Assembly: GCA_946188105.1 (NCBI GenBank)
Contig: CAMHTQ010000005.1
Span: forward strand, 200 to 64,199
Direction of reading: 5' to 3'
Source of the DNA: an uncultured Alphaproteobacteria bacterium
GTDB lineage: Bacteria; Pseudomonadota; Alphaproteobacteria; Rs-D84
DNA length: 64,000 nucleotides
The notes beneath the pieces were generated by a model. The model did not search any database and had not been told where the DNA came from. It saw only the letters and a list, made by a program, of their open reading frames with translations. Every line of letters starts with the position of its first letter. Positions within the stretch are counted from its first letter, which is position 1. Made by a program: the position numbers and the translations under genes. Positions 46,457 through 56,030 of the stretch are shown piece by piece.

Positions 46457-47747
46457 TTCCTAAACAAAGTTGTGAAAATGTTGCGTCCATAACATCATTG
46501 GCGGTTATGGTGCCAAGTATTTTGCCGATGTTATCAGCCGCGGTACGAACATGTTCGCTGAATATATCATAATTATCACCAGATTTTTCAATCGCCTGTT
46601 CTAACTCTGATTTTGCATCATTTAATAATTTATATGTGCGAGCATTTATGACAAGTGTGTTTTCTGAATTGTCCAATATGCTGTGCATTTTTGTGCGAAT
46701 TGCATTTAATAAATTATCAATACCGGCACCTGTTTTTGCAGATGTATAAATTACATTTTTATTTGTTTTTGATTTTATTTCATCGACCTTGTTTATAACA
46801 ACAATTGTTTTGTCGTCGGGCAGGGCATCTGTTTTTTTGTTAAAGATATGTAAAACCAAATCCGCATTTTCCAGTTCTGTTTTTGTTCTGTCGATTCCTT
46901 GTTTTTCTATTTCATCATTTGTTTCACGCAAACCTGCGGTATCAGATAAATTTACCAGATATCCGTCTATATCAATTTGTGCAGAAATAACATCCCGGGT
47001 TGTTCCGGCAATATCAGATACGATTGCACGATTGGCACCGACAAGGCGATTAAACACGGATGATTTTCCGACATTTGTTTCGCCAACCAGTGCAATATTG
47101 AATCCATTTGTGATTGCACGTGATACATTATAACGTAAAAGTGATGTTTTAATTTCGTTTAATAATTCTTTGGTTTTACTGAAAATTTTTTTGGTTATGT
47201 TTTTGGGTAAATCGTTTTCATCATAGTCCAATATGGCGGCACTGTATGCGGCAATTTCGATCATTTTTGTTCTCCAAGAATTATATTTTTCACTGTCACC
47301 ACCCAGCATAGATTTTAATGCAAATTGTCTTTGTTTATCTGTTTGTGCATTCAGTAATGCAGCCAAACCATCGACGTCGGTTAAATCCATTTTATTGTTC
47401 AAAAATGCGCGACGTGAAAATTCACCAGGAAGAGCCATGCGAGCATTTTGTGTGGATAAAAATTGTAAAATTTTATTTATTACAGCCGGTGCACCATGAG
47501 AATGAATTTCAATAATATCTTGGCCGGTAAATGATGCAGGGGATTCAAAATAAATCACAATGCATTGATCGATTAAATCGCCATTTTCATCGGTCAGATT
47601 TGTAAAATACGCATGACGTGCATCAAATTTTTTGCGGTTGGAAATCTTTGAAAATAAATCGTGCAGATTATCACCAGATATGCGGATAACCGCAACACCT
47701 GATTTTCCAAAACCGCTGGATAATGCAAATATAGTATCGTTATTCAT
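46452..47747 (-). CDS. mnmE: tRNA modification GTPase MnmE
   Basis: GETNVGKSSVFN and DTAGLRET G-motifs; C-terminal CLGK. Confidence 0.9.
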   Translation of the reverse strand: MNNDTIFALSSGFGKSGVAVIRISGDNLHDLFSKISNRKKFDARHAYFTNLTDENGDLIDQCIVIYFESPASFTGQDIIEIHSHGAPAVINKILQFLSTQNARMALPGEFSRRAFLNNKMDLTDVDGLAALLNAQTDKQRQFALKSMLGGDSEKYNSWRTKMIEIAAYSAAILDYDENDLPKNITKKIFSKTKELLNEIKTSLLRYNVSRAITNGFNIALVGETNVGKSSVFNRLVGANRAIVSDIAGTTRDVISAQIDIDGYLVNLSDTAGLRETNDEIEKQGIDRTKTELENADLVLHIFNKKTDALPDDKTIVVINKVDEIKSKTNKNVIYTSAKTGAGIDNLLNAIRTKMHSILDNSENTLVINARTYKLLNDAKSELEQAIEKSGDNYDIFSEHVRTAADNIGKILGTITANDVMDATFSQLCLGK

Positions 47748-47750
47748 TTT

Positions 47751-48326
47751 TTATTTACCACTGCTTATTTCTTTTAATGCCATTGGAACCAATTTCGCGA
47801 CGTCCATATTTGGATTATTGGTTACCAATTTTTGTGCCATGTCGATTATGTCTAATCTGCGGTATCCCAGTGATTCCAATGCAGAGAGCAGGTCGGTTAA
47901 TACAGAATCACCGCCCATGTCACCAATATCAAATGATGCGCCGCCCATTTTGTTCTTTAATTCAACAATGATTTTTTCAGCAACCTTTTTACCGACACCT
48001 GGGGCGGTTGAAATTGTTTTTGCGTCCCCTGTGGCAATCGCTTGCATCAATGTATCAGTTTTAATAGATGACATAATTGCCAATGCAACCTTGGGACCCA
48101 CACCCGATACAGTTGTTAATTGATTGAATAAATTTTGTCCAGAGATGGATGAAAACCCGAACAAACGGATGGAATCTTCGCGGACAATTGTTTCAATCCA
48201 CAGGGATACCGTTGATTTTAATGCCAGATATTCTGGGGTATATACTTTATATCCCACAGGGCCAGCCATAACGATTACAAAACCGTCACCAATATAATCA
48301 ACAATTCCTTGCAATTTTCCAATCAT
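47751..48326 (-). CDS. ruvA: Holliday junction DNA helicase subunit RuvA
   Basis: MIGKLQG N-terminus; two HhH motifs (VSGVGPKVALAI, APGVGKKVAEKI). 191 aa. Confidence 0.88.
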   Translation of the reverse strand: MIGKLQGIVDYIGDGFVIVMAGPVGYKVYTPEYLALKSTVSLWIETIVREDSIRLFGFSSISGQNLFNQLTTVSGVGPKVALAIMSSIKTDTLMQAIATGDAKTISTAPGVGKKVAEKIIVELKNKMGGASFDIGDMGGDSVLTDLLSALESLGYRRLDIIDMAQKLVTNNPNMDVAKLVPMALKEISSGK

Positions 48327-48375
48327 TTGTTATCCTTTTACGGTATTGTAAAACAATTAAATCAAAAGGTCAAAT

Positions 48376-49092
48376 ATGAGCGGACACAGTAAATGGCATA
48401 ACATCCAACATAAAAAAGGGTTGGCTGATGCGGCACGTAGCGGACTTTTTACAAAGTTGGCTCGTGAAATAACAATGGCGGCAAAACTGGGTGATAAAAA
48501 CCCTGATAATAACCCCAGATTGCGTTTGGCAATTTTGCAAGCGCGCAAAAATTCTATGCCGAATGATAATATTAAACGTGCAATCGACAAGGCATCTGGT
48601 TCAAATACAGAAAACTTTGTTGCGGTTCGTTACGAGGGATATGGTCCGGGGGCGGTTCCTGTGATTGTCGAGGCATTGACCGATAATCCTCGTAGAACAG
48701 TGCCAGAAATCCGTAATATTTTTGCCAAAAATGGTGGAAATATGGGCGAAGAAGGATCGGTTGTGTTTATGTTCACTCATGCTGGTCAGATTATGTATCC
48801 TGCGTCCATCGGTAAAACCGAAGATGAAATGATGGAAATCATTATGGATGCAAATGCTGATAATTTGGAAAGTTCCGAAGAGGGATTTATTATCACAACA
48901 AAACCAGAAGATTTTATGAATGTTCAAAAGTTTTTGGCGGATAAATTAGGCGAACCAGAAAGTGCAGAAATGACTTGGATTCCAAATATGCCAATGGATT
49001 TGGATGACGAGGCATATGCAAAAATCGAAAAGTTGGTTGATGCGTTGGACGACAATGATGATGTCCAAAAGGTGTTCACAGCCGCAGCATAA
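48376..49092 (+). CDS. yebC: YebC/PmpR-family transcriptional regulator
   Basis: MSGHSKWHNIQHKKG N-terminus. 238 aa. Confidence 0.9.
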   Translation: MSGHSKWHNIQHKKGLADAARSGLFTKLAREITMAAKLGDKNPDNNPRLRLAILQARKNSMPNDNIKRAIDKASGSNTENFVAVRYEGYGPGAVPVIVEALTDNPRRTVPEIRNIFAKNGGNMGEEGSVVFMFTHAGQIMYPASIGKTEDEMMEIIMDANADNLESSEEGFIITTKPEDFMNVQKFLADKLGEPESAEMTWIPNMPMDLDDEAYAKIEKLVDALDDNDDVQKVFTAAA

Positions 49093-49102
49093 ATATTAAA
49101 AT

Positions 49103-49130
49103 ATCCGCCGGTTAATCCGGCGGTTTTTGT
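49103..49130 (+). terminator. rho-independent terminator
   Basis: CCGCCGG-TTAAT-CCGGCGG followed by a T5 run. Confidence 0.7.
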
Positions 49131-49841
49131 ATGGTGTATTGTATGAGTGTTGTGGATACAGCAATTAAGAAAGCAGGAAATAAAATTATTCCGGTGGCTG
49201 ATGCGGTGGCGAATGAGTTGAAATTGTCGTCAGGGACAAAATTGTTTTTTGTTGGTGGGTCTGTTCGTGACGGTGTTTTGAATGAATTGTTTTCAGGAAA
49301 ATATGATTCCAAAGATATTGATATTATTTTATCAAAAAAGCAAGATTTTAAAGATAATCCAAATATAGTGCGTATGCGGCGGAATTCTTTGGGTGGCATA
49401 AAATTACAAACTAAAAATTTTGGTGTAATTGATGTGTTCCAATATTATATGGATAATCCAGATTTGCTTGTTTGTGATATATTTGATTTTAATTGTAATG
49501 CTATATATTATTCACATAATGAAAGGTGTATTGTGGCAACACCACATTTTTATAATTTTGTTTTAAGTAAAACCATAGATTTGCAAAGGGTTATTTATGG
49601 TAAAAATGGTATAGAATATAATTATGCCGTTTCGGCTTTGACTTCGCGGGCTTTGAAATTTCAAATAGAATTTCGTGAAAGATATAATTTGCAATTAAAA
49701 TTGTCTTCGAATGTTTTATATATGATATATAATTTGGATGAAAATCAAGAACAAGAGATGGTAAAATATACAAAAGCCAAAGCGGGTTCGGTTGATTTGC
49801 AAAACAAAATAATATCAGAGTATCAAAAATTAAGATGCTGA
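49131..49841 (+). CDS. head-domain-only class II nucleotidyltransferase (poly(A) polymerase/CCA-adding family-like)
   Basis: FFVGGSVRDGVL...(17 aa)...DIDII matches the GGxVRD...DxD head motif. Only 236 aa, with no neck/body/tail region. Alternative ATG at 49143. Confidence 0.5.
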   Translation: MVYCMSVVDTAIKKAGNKIIPVADAVANELKLSSGTKLFFVGGSVRDGVLNELFSGKYDSKDIDIILSKKQDFKDNPNIVRMRRNSLGGIKLQTKNFGVIDVFQYYMDNPDLLVCDIFDFNCNAIYYSHNERCIVATPHFYNFVLSKTIDLQRVIYGKNGIEYNYAVSALTSRALKFQIEFRERYNLQLKLSSNVLYMIYNLDENQEQEMVKYTKAKAGSVDLQNKIISEYQKLRC

Positions 49842-49872
49842 AAACAATTTAAATTTGGTGTATAATTGCATT

Positions 49873-50358
49873 ATGAGAATTATTGGTATTGATCCGGGTT
49901 TATTGCATACAGGGTGGGCAATTATAGATTCCAGCGGTCCATCACGGCATTATATTGCCAGTGGGGTTGTATTGCCACCGCCAAAAATGGAATTGGCGGA
50001 CAGATTATCTTTTATATTTCAAAAAGTAACTGAATTATGTGACAAGTTTAAGCCAGATGCGTGCAGTATTGAATATACTTTTGTGAATAAAAACCCAAAA
50101 ACAACATTGTTATTAGGGCATGCCAGGGCGGCTGCAATTGTTGCGGTTGCAACCAGAGATATTCCTGTTTTTGAATATGAACCTAATATGATTAAAAAGG
50201 CATTGACTGGGGCGGGGCATGCGGATAAAGACCAAATATACAAAATGTTGCAAATTTTATTGCCAATGGCACACCCGAAAACATCGGATGAATCTGATGC
50301 AATTGCAATAGCCATGACCCACGCAAATATCACCCCGGGGTTTAATAAAATAAAGTAA
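49873..50358 (+). CDS. ruvC: crossover junction endodeoxyribonuclease RuvC
   Basis: MRIIGIDPG, EYTF, ESDAIAIA catalytic-acid motifs. The ORF-track TTG start at 49855 is rejected. Confidence 0.9.
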   Translation: MRIIGIDPGLLHTGWAIIDSSGPSRHYIASGVVLPPPKMELADRLSFIFQKVTELCDKFKPDACSIEYTFVNKNPKTTLLLGHARAAAIVAVATRDIPVFEYEPNMIKKALTGAGHADKDQIYKMLQILLPMAHPKTSDESDAIAIAMTHANITPGFNKIK

Positions 50359-50412
50359 ATTTATACTTTTATTTATTGGCATTTTATGATAAAATTATGT
50401 GGAAGAGAGAAT

Positions 50413-52584
50413 ATGAAAAAAATAGCAAAGTTTTTATTGGCTGTGGTTTCTTTTGCACCTGTGGCGGCATTTGGTGCTGGGCCTGTTGCTACTACGGCGG
50501 GCAGTAATTTAACCGCATATAATGGTAATATGGGTTCTGTTGCGGGGAACCAATGGAATAATGCAACAAATGCCCGTGGAAATATTCCAGTGGCCAAGGC
50601 CGATTATGGAAATTGCAACGCATTGATGTTGCGTTGTGCCAGCCCAAAATGTTCTGGTGGTGGATGTTCAGATTTAGAGGTGGCTAAATCTATTGCGACA
50701 GGATGCGTGAATTCTAATTCTACATGTAAAAAACATGGTGATGCATTGATAGCATTTATTGCTGGGCAATTAGTGTCTGATTCTGTGGCGGCGGCGAATA
50801 AACAGGCATCGGATGCTGCGGCTGCCCAGGCACAAAGTGCGGAACAAATCGCACAGATGCAACAACAAATGCAAATGCAGATGCAACAAATGCAGGAACA
50901 AAACAATGCACAAATTGCATCATTACAAAGTGCATTAGAGGAAAGTCAACGTGCCACGACCGAGGCGGTGAATGCTGCGGCACAGGCGGCGGCTCAACAA
51001 ACGGTCAGTATTGCACCGGTGGTTGATGCGGGAACTGGGTTAACAACAACCCAAGAGGTTGCGGCAAAATCCGGTGTGTCCGAGGATGTTATTACCCGTG
51101 CAACAATTTCAGGGCAAATTTTAACAAGTATGGATGGTGTAGAATCCAGTTTGAATGCTTTGAAAACAACTATGCGTGATGTATTCAGATATGCACAATG
51201 TAACGAGGTAAATGGTAATAATTGCCAGGGACCAAAACGTGTGAAAAAATTCCGCGAGGTTGCAAGAACATTTATTGATCCATATTACGCAGTTGAAAGA
51301 AATTTAGAGAGTGCATTAGAACGCGCACAATCCGTTGGTGTTGATATGGGAAATATTTATATGTTTTTCAGCGGCAGTTGTCATCGTTGGGCTGAATTTA
51401 TATGTAGATATGCTACCGAAGAGTTACCAAAATATAGCAGTACGAGTTGCGTTGATGGTATATCAAAGCCAGATAAGGCAAATGGAATTATTGGTAAAGG
51501 TCTGGCTTGTTCTAAGGATATGATTGCACCGCCCGAGGATGTTGTTGGTTGTGTGGTTAATAAAAATTTAGATAACACAAATTATGATGATTTTAATCAA
51601 AGGGTTTTGAATCCAGAGAACACTGATGATGGTTCAATTCGTGTTGGTTGTGCCGATAGTTTTGGCAGCGTGTTTAAACATCGTCGTGGTAATGGTTCTG
51701 GCAGCAGTAATAGTATTGATATAGAATTATTAGAAATTATGATAAATCAGGACGAGGCCGGAAATGAATATGGCAAGAAAAACTGTTCAGAAGGTAGTGG
51801 TTCATCATGTTATTGTGGACCAACCGAGGGTGGCGGACAGGCACAATTGGCAAATTTAAAGAAAATTGTTTTGGCGAAAAATTTAGGTAAAAATTGTTGT
51901 TCATCAAGTGATACTTTGGGAACGTGTACAAATGATTGTTCTGATATGGATATAGATGTCGCATATGTTAGTCCAACATTGGCAATGTGTGATGTGCATG
52001 CATGGAATGCGGGCTTCAAAGATAATACAGCAATGAATTCAAGTTCTGAGAATCAAGAGTTAGCCAAACAAACATTGGGATTAAAGGCAACGGTTATAAC
52101 ACAACAAATGTATAAAATATATTCTACATTGGATTCAATGATACGACAGGTAAAGATTTTATTAGAAAAAGAAGTGTTAAAATCAAATCTGCAAGTTGCT
52201 GGTGGTTCAGCTGGGGATTCAGATGGTGGTTCCGCAGACAAGGTTGAATTTGAAAATTGTAACAAGGGTGAAGATTCCGCAGTGTTGAGTTGTTTGAATC
52301 GTAATGTTGCAAAATATGAACCATTTGTTTCCAAGGGTAACAGAAGAAATGATGTTTTGAAAGCGATGTTCAGGGATCAAGAGGTATTAAATCGTTATGC
52401 ATCTGATGATCCTAATAAAAAGGTGGTGTCAAGTTGTAGTGAAAAAATGGATAAGAACACTATGGGAACTTGTTATAATGATATAATTGCTGGTATTAAT
52501 AAATTGAGTAAAAAGATACAAAAAGAATCGCGCGGTTCTAATGGTGGTGGTTTAACCTTTACATTGGGTGGTGTACAACAATAA
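50413..52584 (+). CDS. large secreted Cys-rich protein with Gln/Met-rich coiled coil (723 aa)
   Basis: Signal peptide MKKIAKFLLAVVSFAPVAAFGA; SD GGAAGAGAG. QMQQQMQMQMQQMQEQ tract; more than 30 Cys. No family recognised. Confidence 0.65.
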   Translation: MKKIAKFLLAVVSFAPVAAFGAGPVATTAGSNLTAYNGNMGSVAGNQWNNATNARGNIPVAKADYGNCNALMLRCASPKCSGGGCSDLEVAKSIATGCVNSNSTCKKHGDALIAFIAGQLVSDSVAAANKQASDAAAAQAQSAEQIAQMQQQMQMQMQQMQEQNNAQIASLQSALEESQRATTEAVNAAAQAAAQQTVSIAPVVDAGTGLTTTQEVAAKSGVSEDVITRATISGQILTSMDGVESSLNALKTTMRDVFRYAQCNEVNGNNCQGPKRVKKFREVARTFIDPYYAVERNLESALERAQSVGVDMGNIYMFFSGSCHRWAEFICRYATEELPKYSSTSCVDGISKPDKANGIIGKGLACSKDMIAPPEDVVGCVVNKNLDNTNYDDFNQRVLNPENTDDGSIRVGCADSFGSVFKHRRGNGSGSSNSIDIELLEIMINQDEAGNEYGKKNCSEGSGSSCYCGPTEGGGQAQLANLKKIVLAKNLGKNCCSSSDTLGTCTNDCSDMDIDVAYVSPTLAMCDVHAWNAGFKDNTAMNSSSENQELAKQTLGLKATVITQQMYKIYSTLDSMIRQVKILLEKEVLKSNLQVAGGSAGDSDGGSADKVEFENCNKGEDSAVLSCLNRNVAKYEPFVSKGNRRNDVLKAMFRDQEVLNRYASDDPNKKVVSSCSEKMDKNTMGTCYNDIIAGINKLSKKIQKESRGSNGGGLTFTLGGVQQ

Positions 52585-52604
52585 AAAAATTTGTAAATGC
52601 ATTG

Positions 52605-52630
52605 AATCCGCCATATTGGCGGATTTTTTT
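52605..52630 (+). terminator. rho-independent terminator
   Basis: ATCCGCCA-TAT-TGGCGGAT followed by a T7 run. Confidence 0.75.
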
Positions 52631-52649
52631 ATATAATATATTGAATGAT

Positions 52650-53015
52650 TTATTTTCGATATGTTATTTTTGAAATTGCATCGTAACCAAAATATTTGTT
52701 TATGCGATGTAAAATTTCATCTTTGCTGTATGATAGTTGTAATGTTAAAGCAGGGTTTGTTGGTTTTATAACAACACTGTATTGATTACCAATGGTTTTC
52801 TTGATTGCGACCAGTTTTGCAATTGATGCAATATCGTCACCCATGATTTCATTCCAACGTTCTGCCAAATCTGCATCGGATGCTTTTCTGCCATAAATTT
52901 GAAACAAATTACCAAATACCCCGGCCAATGTTGTTGGATGTGTAATACGCGATTCCAGTTTTTTTTCTAGTCTGGAAGTTTTTGTATTATTGGTATTGTT
53001 GTTTTGATTTGACAT
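52650..53015 (-). CDS. DUF721 / DciA-like protein
   Basis: WNEIMGDDIASIAKLVAIKK...LTLQLSYSKDEILHRINKYFG pattern of DUF721. Overlaps the mltA 3' end by 29 nt. Confidence 0.55.
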   Translation of the reverse strand: MSNQNNNTNNTKTSRLEKKLESRITHPTTLAGVFGNLFQIYGRKASDADLAERWNEIMGDDIASIAKLVAIKKTIGNQYSVVIKPTNPALTLQLSYSKDEILHRINKYFGYDAISKITYRK

Positions 53016-54102
53016 CTATGTATTCCTTGGGCAGTAAAATATACATTTCACCGGATGAATGTTGACCGTGGGCAAATTTATATGCCTCGTCACCAGAACC
53101 AAAGAATATGTCAGCACGTATCCAACCGCGAATTGCACTGCCGGTATCTTGGGCAATCATCAATCGGCGGAATTTACGACCATCGGACAAGTTTGTGCTG
53201 ATGTACACAGGCATACCAACGGTGTAAATACTGTCGTCAACGGCGATACTGCGGATTTTGGAAAGTGGTGTTCCCAATTTTCCAATCACATTTTTCGATT
53301 CGGCCTCTTTAAAATATACGTATCTGGGGTTGTTGTAAATAACTTCTTTGGCCAATGTGGGATGTTTCTTTAAATATTTCCAAACGGCATCTGCACTGTA
53401 TCCGCCATTTGGTTTAATTCCGCGATTGCGTAATTGTTCGCCAATAGATTTAAATTGCATGTCGTTTGTAGCACCAAAATTCAATTTTACCATTTCGCCA
53501 GTATCCAGTTTTAACATACCGCTGCCTTGGATTTGGATGTTTTGGACATCAACCAAGTTTGCCCAATATAAAACACGACCAATTTTGTTTTCAACAATGG
53601 TCTTTTTTGGAACATTTTTATATTGTAATGGGTTAGATGGAGCCGCCATCAATGGTTCGTTACATTCTGCGGTTCTGGTTTTGCATGCAGGAATTGTTGG
53701 GGAATAATATCCAGTGTATGTTCCGGTTGTTCTGCCAGAATCATCATATACTTTGTATGCTTGGAAATGTGATTCAAACCAATTGCGGACGGTTTGGACA
53801 CTGGCACCGGCCCCCGGCATCATATTGCATTTTTCCTGAACCAATGCGGCATCTGGGATTACGCGACCCGTATATTGCAATTTTGCACGACATGTGTTGC
53901 GGAATGCCTGGAGTGCATATCTGACATCGTCATTTTTCCAATCGGGCAGGGCAGAAAATGGAACGGGTTTCAAGTTCGAACTGGGGGCGACAACGTCATT
54001 TCCGACATGTGTCGGTGTTGACATATCGCAAGAAGTCAAAGCAAAAGCAAAAAATAAACCGGTAAGTATGCTGAAATACGGCATTTTTTTGAATTGAAAC
54101 AT
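52987..54102 (-). CDS. mltA: membrane-bound lytic murein transglycosylase A
   Basis: Lipobox ALTSC. MltA domain (GYYSP). 3D domain IAQDTGSAIRG...RADIFFG. Confidence 0.85.
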   Translation of the reverse strand: MFQFKKMPYFSILTGLFFAFALTSCDMSTPTHVGNDVVAPSSNLKPVPFSALPDWKNDDVRYALQAFRNTCRAKLQYTGRVIPDAALVQEKCNMMPGAGASVQTVRNWFESHFQAYKVYDDSGRTTGTYTGYYSPTIPACKTRTAECNEPLMAAPSNPLQYKNVPKKTIVENKIGRVLYWANLVDVQNIQIQGSGMLKLDTGEMVKLNFGATNDMQFKSIGEQLRNRGIKPNGGYSADAVWKYLKKHPTLAKEVIYNNPRYVYFKEAESKNVIGKLGTPLSKIRSIAVDDSIYTVGMPVYISTNLSDGRKFRRLMIAQDTGSAIRGWIRADIFFGSGDEAYKFAHGQHSSGEMYILLPKEYIDVKSKQQYQ

Positions 54103-54182
54103 TTTTTATCCCCCCGCACTTGTAAAATCTTTTTCTAATGTTATATTATCATAAAAGCGAGTAAAAAAAAAGGAGCAATCGC

Positions 54183-54635
54183 ATGTCACAATTTAAAATT
54201 ATTTCTCAGTTCTTGAAGGATATCTCTTTTGAAAGCCCAAATGTCCCAGAATTGTTCTTTAATCAGGATAATGGTCAAGCAAAAATCGAAATCAATATCG
54301 ATATTCAAATCAAGGGTGCTGAAAATAATGTGTTTATGGTTGATTTGGTAACCAAGGTTCATTCTAAATTAGATAAAGATGAAAAATCTATATTCTTGAT
54401 TGAAACAACATATTCTGCGTTGGTTCAAATGGCTGATGAAAAAGATGAAGAGGTCAAGAAACGTACATTGTTGATTGATGTTCCAACAATGATATTCCCA
54501 TCTTTGCGCGCATTGGTTACACGGTTGACATCGGAATCTGGATTCCCTGCATTTACTATGCAACCTGTGGATTTCGAGGCTTTGTATGAACAAAGAAGGG
54601 CAGAAGCCGGCAAGGCAAAGCCAGCAAATCAATAG
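54183..54635 (+). CDS. secB: protein-export chaperone SecB
   Basis: FKIISQFLKDISFESPNVPELF N-terminus and a 150-aa length typical of SecB. Confidence 0.85.
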   Translation: MSQFKIISQFLKDISFESPNVPELFFNQDNGQAKIEINIDIQIKGAENNVFMVDLVTKVHSKLDKDEKSIFLIETTYSALVQMADEKDEEVKKRTLLIDVPTMIFPSLRALVTRLTSESGFPAFTMQPVDFEALYEQRRAEAGKAKPANQ

Positions 54636-54656
54636 TTTTGGTTGGTTAGGTTAAAA

Positions 54657-54687
54657 TCGCCGTCCGAAAATGGGCGGCTTTTTTTTG
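54657..54687 (+). terminator. rho-independent terminator
   Basis: GCCGTCC-GAAAAT-GGGCGGC followed by a T8 run. Confidence 0.75.
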
Positions 54688-54725
54688 TGGCGGTTTGTTT
54701 TATAGTAAAAAGTATGGTATAATAT

Positions 54726-55961
54726 TTGGGCGAAATATCGGAGAGAGATTTGAACAAAGATAAATATATTTCTATAAATTCTGATGTAACGGGGTATTCG
54801 TTTGCAAATCTGGGGTTGTTTACAGGATTTGCATCAGGTATTTATAATGCGGTTTATTCTTTGGTGATTTTGGGAATCTTTACAGAGGTTTTAGCTAGTG
54901 AAAAATTGGCATCTTCGGTGGTCGGTGTGTATGTTGCCTTGTATTCTGTGTTTTGCATGATTATTGGTATTTTTTCCAAAGAATTGTTGCGCTGGTTTTC
55001 CAAGGCCAGATTAATGATTGCAGGATTTTTGTTGATTGTTGTGTGTTATGCAATGATGAGTTTTTCTATTAAACCAACAACATTTATAACATTGGATTTT
55101 GCATCTGGGGTGGGATCCACAATTGTTGGAATTTTAATTCCTCTGTTTATGGCGGATTTCTCGAAAGATATTGGAATGGCAAAATTAAATGCCAGATATT
55201 ATTTTTGGGTAAATATTGGGTGTCTGTTTGCACCATTGTTTGCATTGAATATGGCAGCATGGTTTGGAAATTACAGAATTCCGTTTTTGGCATCGGCTAT
55301 GATTTATGCGGGCGGTTTATTATTCTTTAAGCGGTTTGGAATTGTTCAACAGGACAAGGAAATAAAACGGGTTAGTCCAAAAAGAACCTTGAAATCTTTG
55401 TGGATAAATACATTGGTGTTTTTCAGACATGCCGGTATGCCACGTGCGTATTTTGTGAATTTTGGTTATTATGCTTTGGCTGCTATGCGCGTGTTATATG
55501 TGCCGATTATTGTCGTGGAGCAGGGGTTTTCTGCAAATGTTTTGGGTTGGGTTTTAACATTAGGAATTTTGCCCTATATTATATTTGATACATTTATTGG
55601 AAATTGGGTTAAAAAAATCGGGTGCAAGCCATTGATGTCAATTGGATTGTCTTCGTTTGTGATTTTGGCGACTTTGGCGACTTTTGTTCATGGGTGGTAT
55701 TTACTGGGAATATTTGTTTTGTGGCAGATTTCTGGGGCATTTATGGAACCTGTGCATGATTTATTGTTTTTTGATAATACACAAAAAAGTGAACAGGCCA
55801 GATTTTATGGGGTGTTTAAAACAACATCTTATTTACCAAAAGTTTTTGCCCCGATTTTAGGCGCGGTTTGTATCGCTGTGATGGGGACTACATCGGCGGT
55901 ATGGCTGGTTTCTATTGCAATTGGTCTGTTGACTTTGATTATTTTGTTGTCAAAAAAATGA
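54726..55961 (+). CDS. MFS-type transporter (about 12 TM)
   Basis: Repeated hydrophobic helices throughout. TTG start as in the ORF track; the true start is uncertain. Confidence 0.6.
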   Translation: MGEISERDLNKDKYISINSDVTGYSFANLGLFTGFASGIYNAVYSLVILGIFTEVLASEKLASSVVGVYVALYSVFCMIIGIFSKELLRWFSKARLMIAGFLLIVVCYAMMSFSIKPTTFITLDFASGVGSTIVGILIPLFMADFSKDIGMAKLNARYYFWVNIGCLFAPLFALNMAAWFGNYRIPFLASAMIYAGGLLFFKRFGIVQQDKEIKRVSPKRTLKSLWINTLVFFRHAGMPRAYFVNFGYYALAAMRVLYVPIIVVEQGFSANVLGWVLTLGILPYIIFDTFIGNWVKKIGCKPLMSIGLSSFVILATLATFVHGWYLLGIFVLWQISGAFMEPVHDLLFFDNTQKSEQARFYGVFKTTSYLPKVFAPILGAVCIAVMGTTSAVWLVSIAIGLLTLIILLSKK

Positions 55962-55974
55962 TAATTTATCTTGC

Positions 55975-56003
55975 TTGCAAATAGATATTTTTCTTTGTAT
56001 GAT
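55975..56003 (+). promoter_or_regulatory. sigma70-like promoter (TTGCAA-17 nt-TATGAT) for recA
   Basis: Correct spacing, 28 nt upstream of ATG 56031. Confidence 0.4.
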
Positions 56004-56030
56004 TTGGGTAAGAAACAAAGGGGAATTTTT

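Noticed and set aside
47632-48123. 163-aa plus-strand ORF spanning the mnmE/ruvA junction
   Set aside because: It is antisense to two confidently identified genes and is low-complexity Ser/Pro/Ile-rich, so it is a shadow ORF.
50857-50895. Hexanucleotide ATGCAA/ATGCAG run as a phase-variation switch. The many A/T homopolymer runs (for example A8 at 6413-6420) were considered the same way.
   Set aside because: The hexamer run is imperfect and slippage would stay in frame. A/T runs of 7-9 nt are ubiquitous in this AT-rich sequence and mostly belong to terminators or Lys/Phe codons.
55962-56030. SOS (LexA) box upstream of recA, and likewise upstream of uvrB at 13445-13483
   Set aside because: Neither the alphaproteobacterial GTTC-N7-GTTC/GAAC-N7-GAAC direct repeat nor the CTGT-N8-ACAG palindrome is present. 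Only a sigma70-like promoter is visible.
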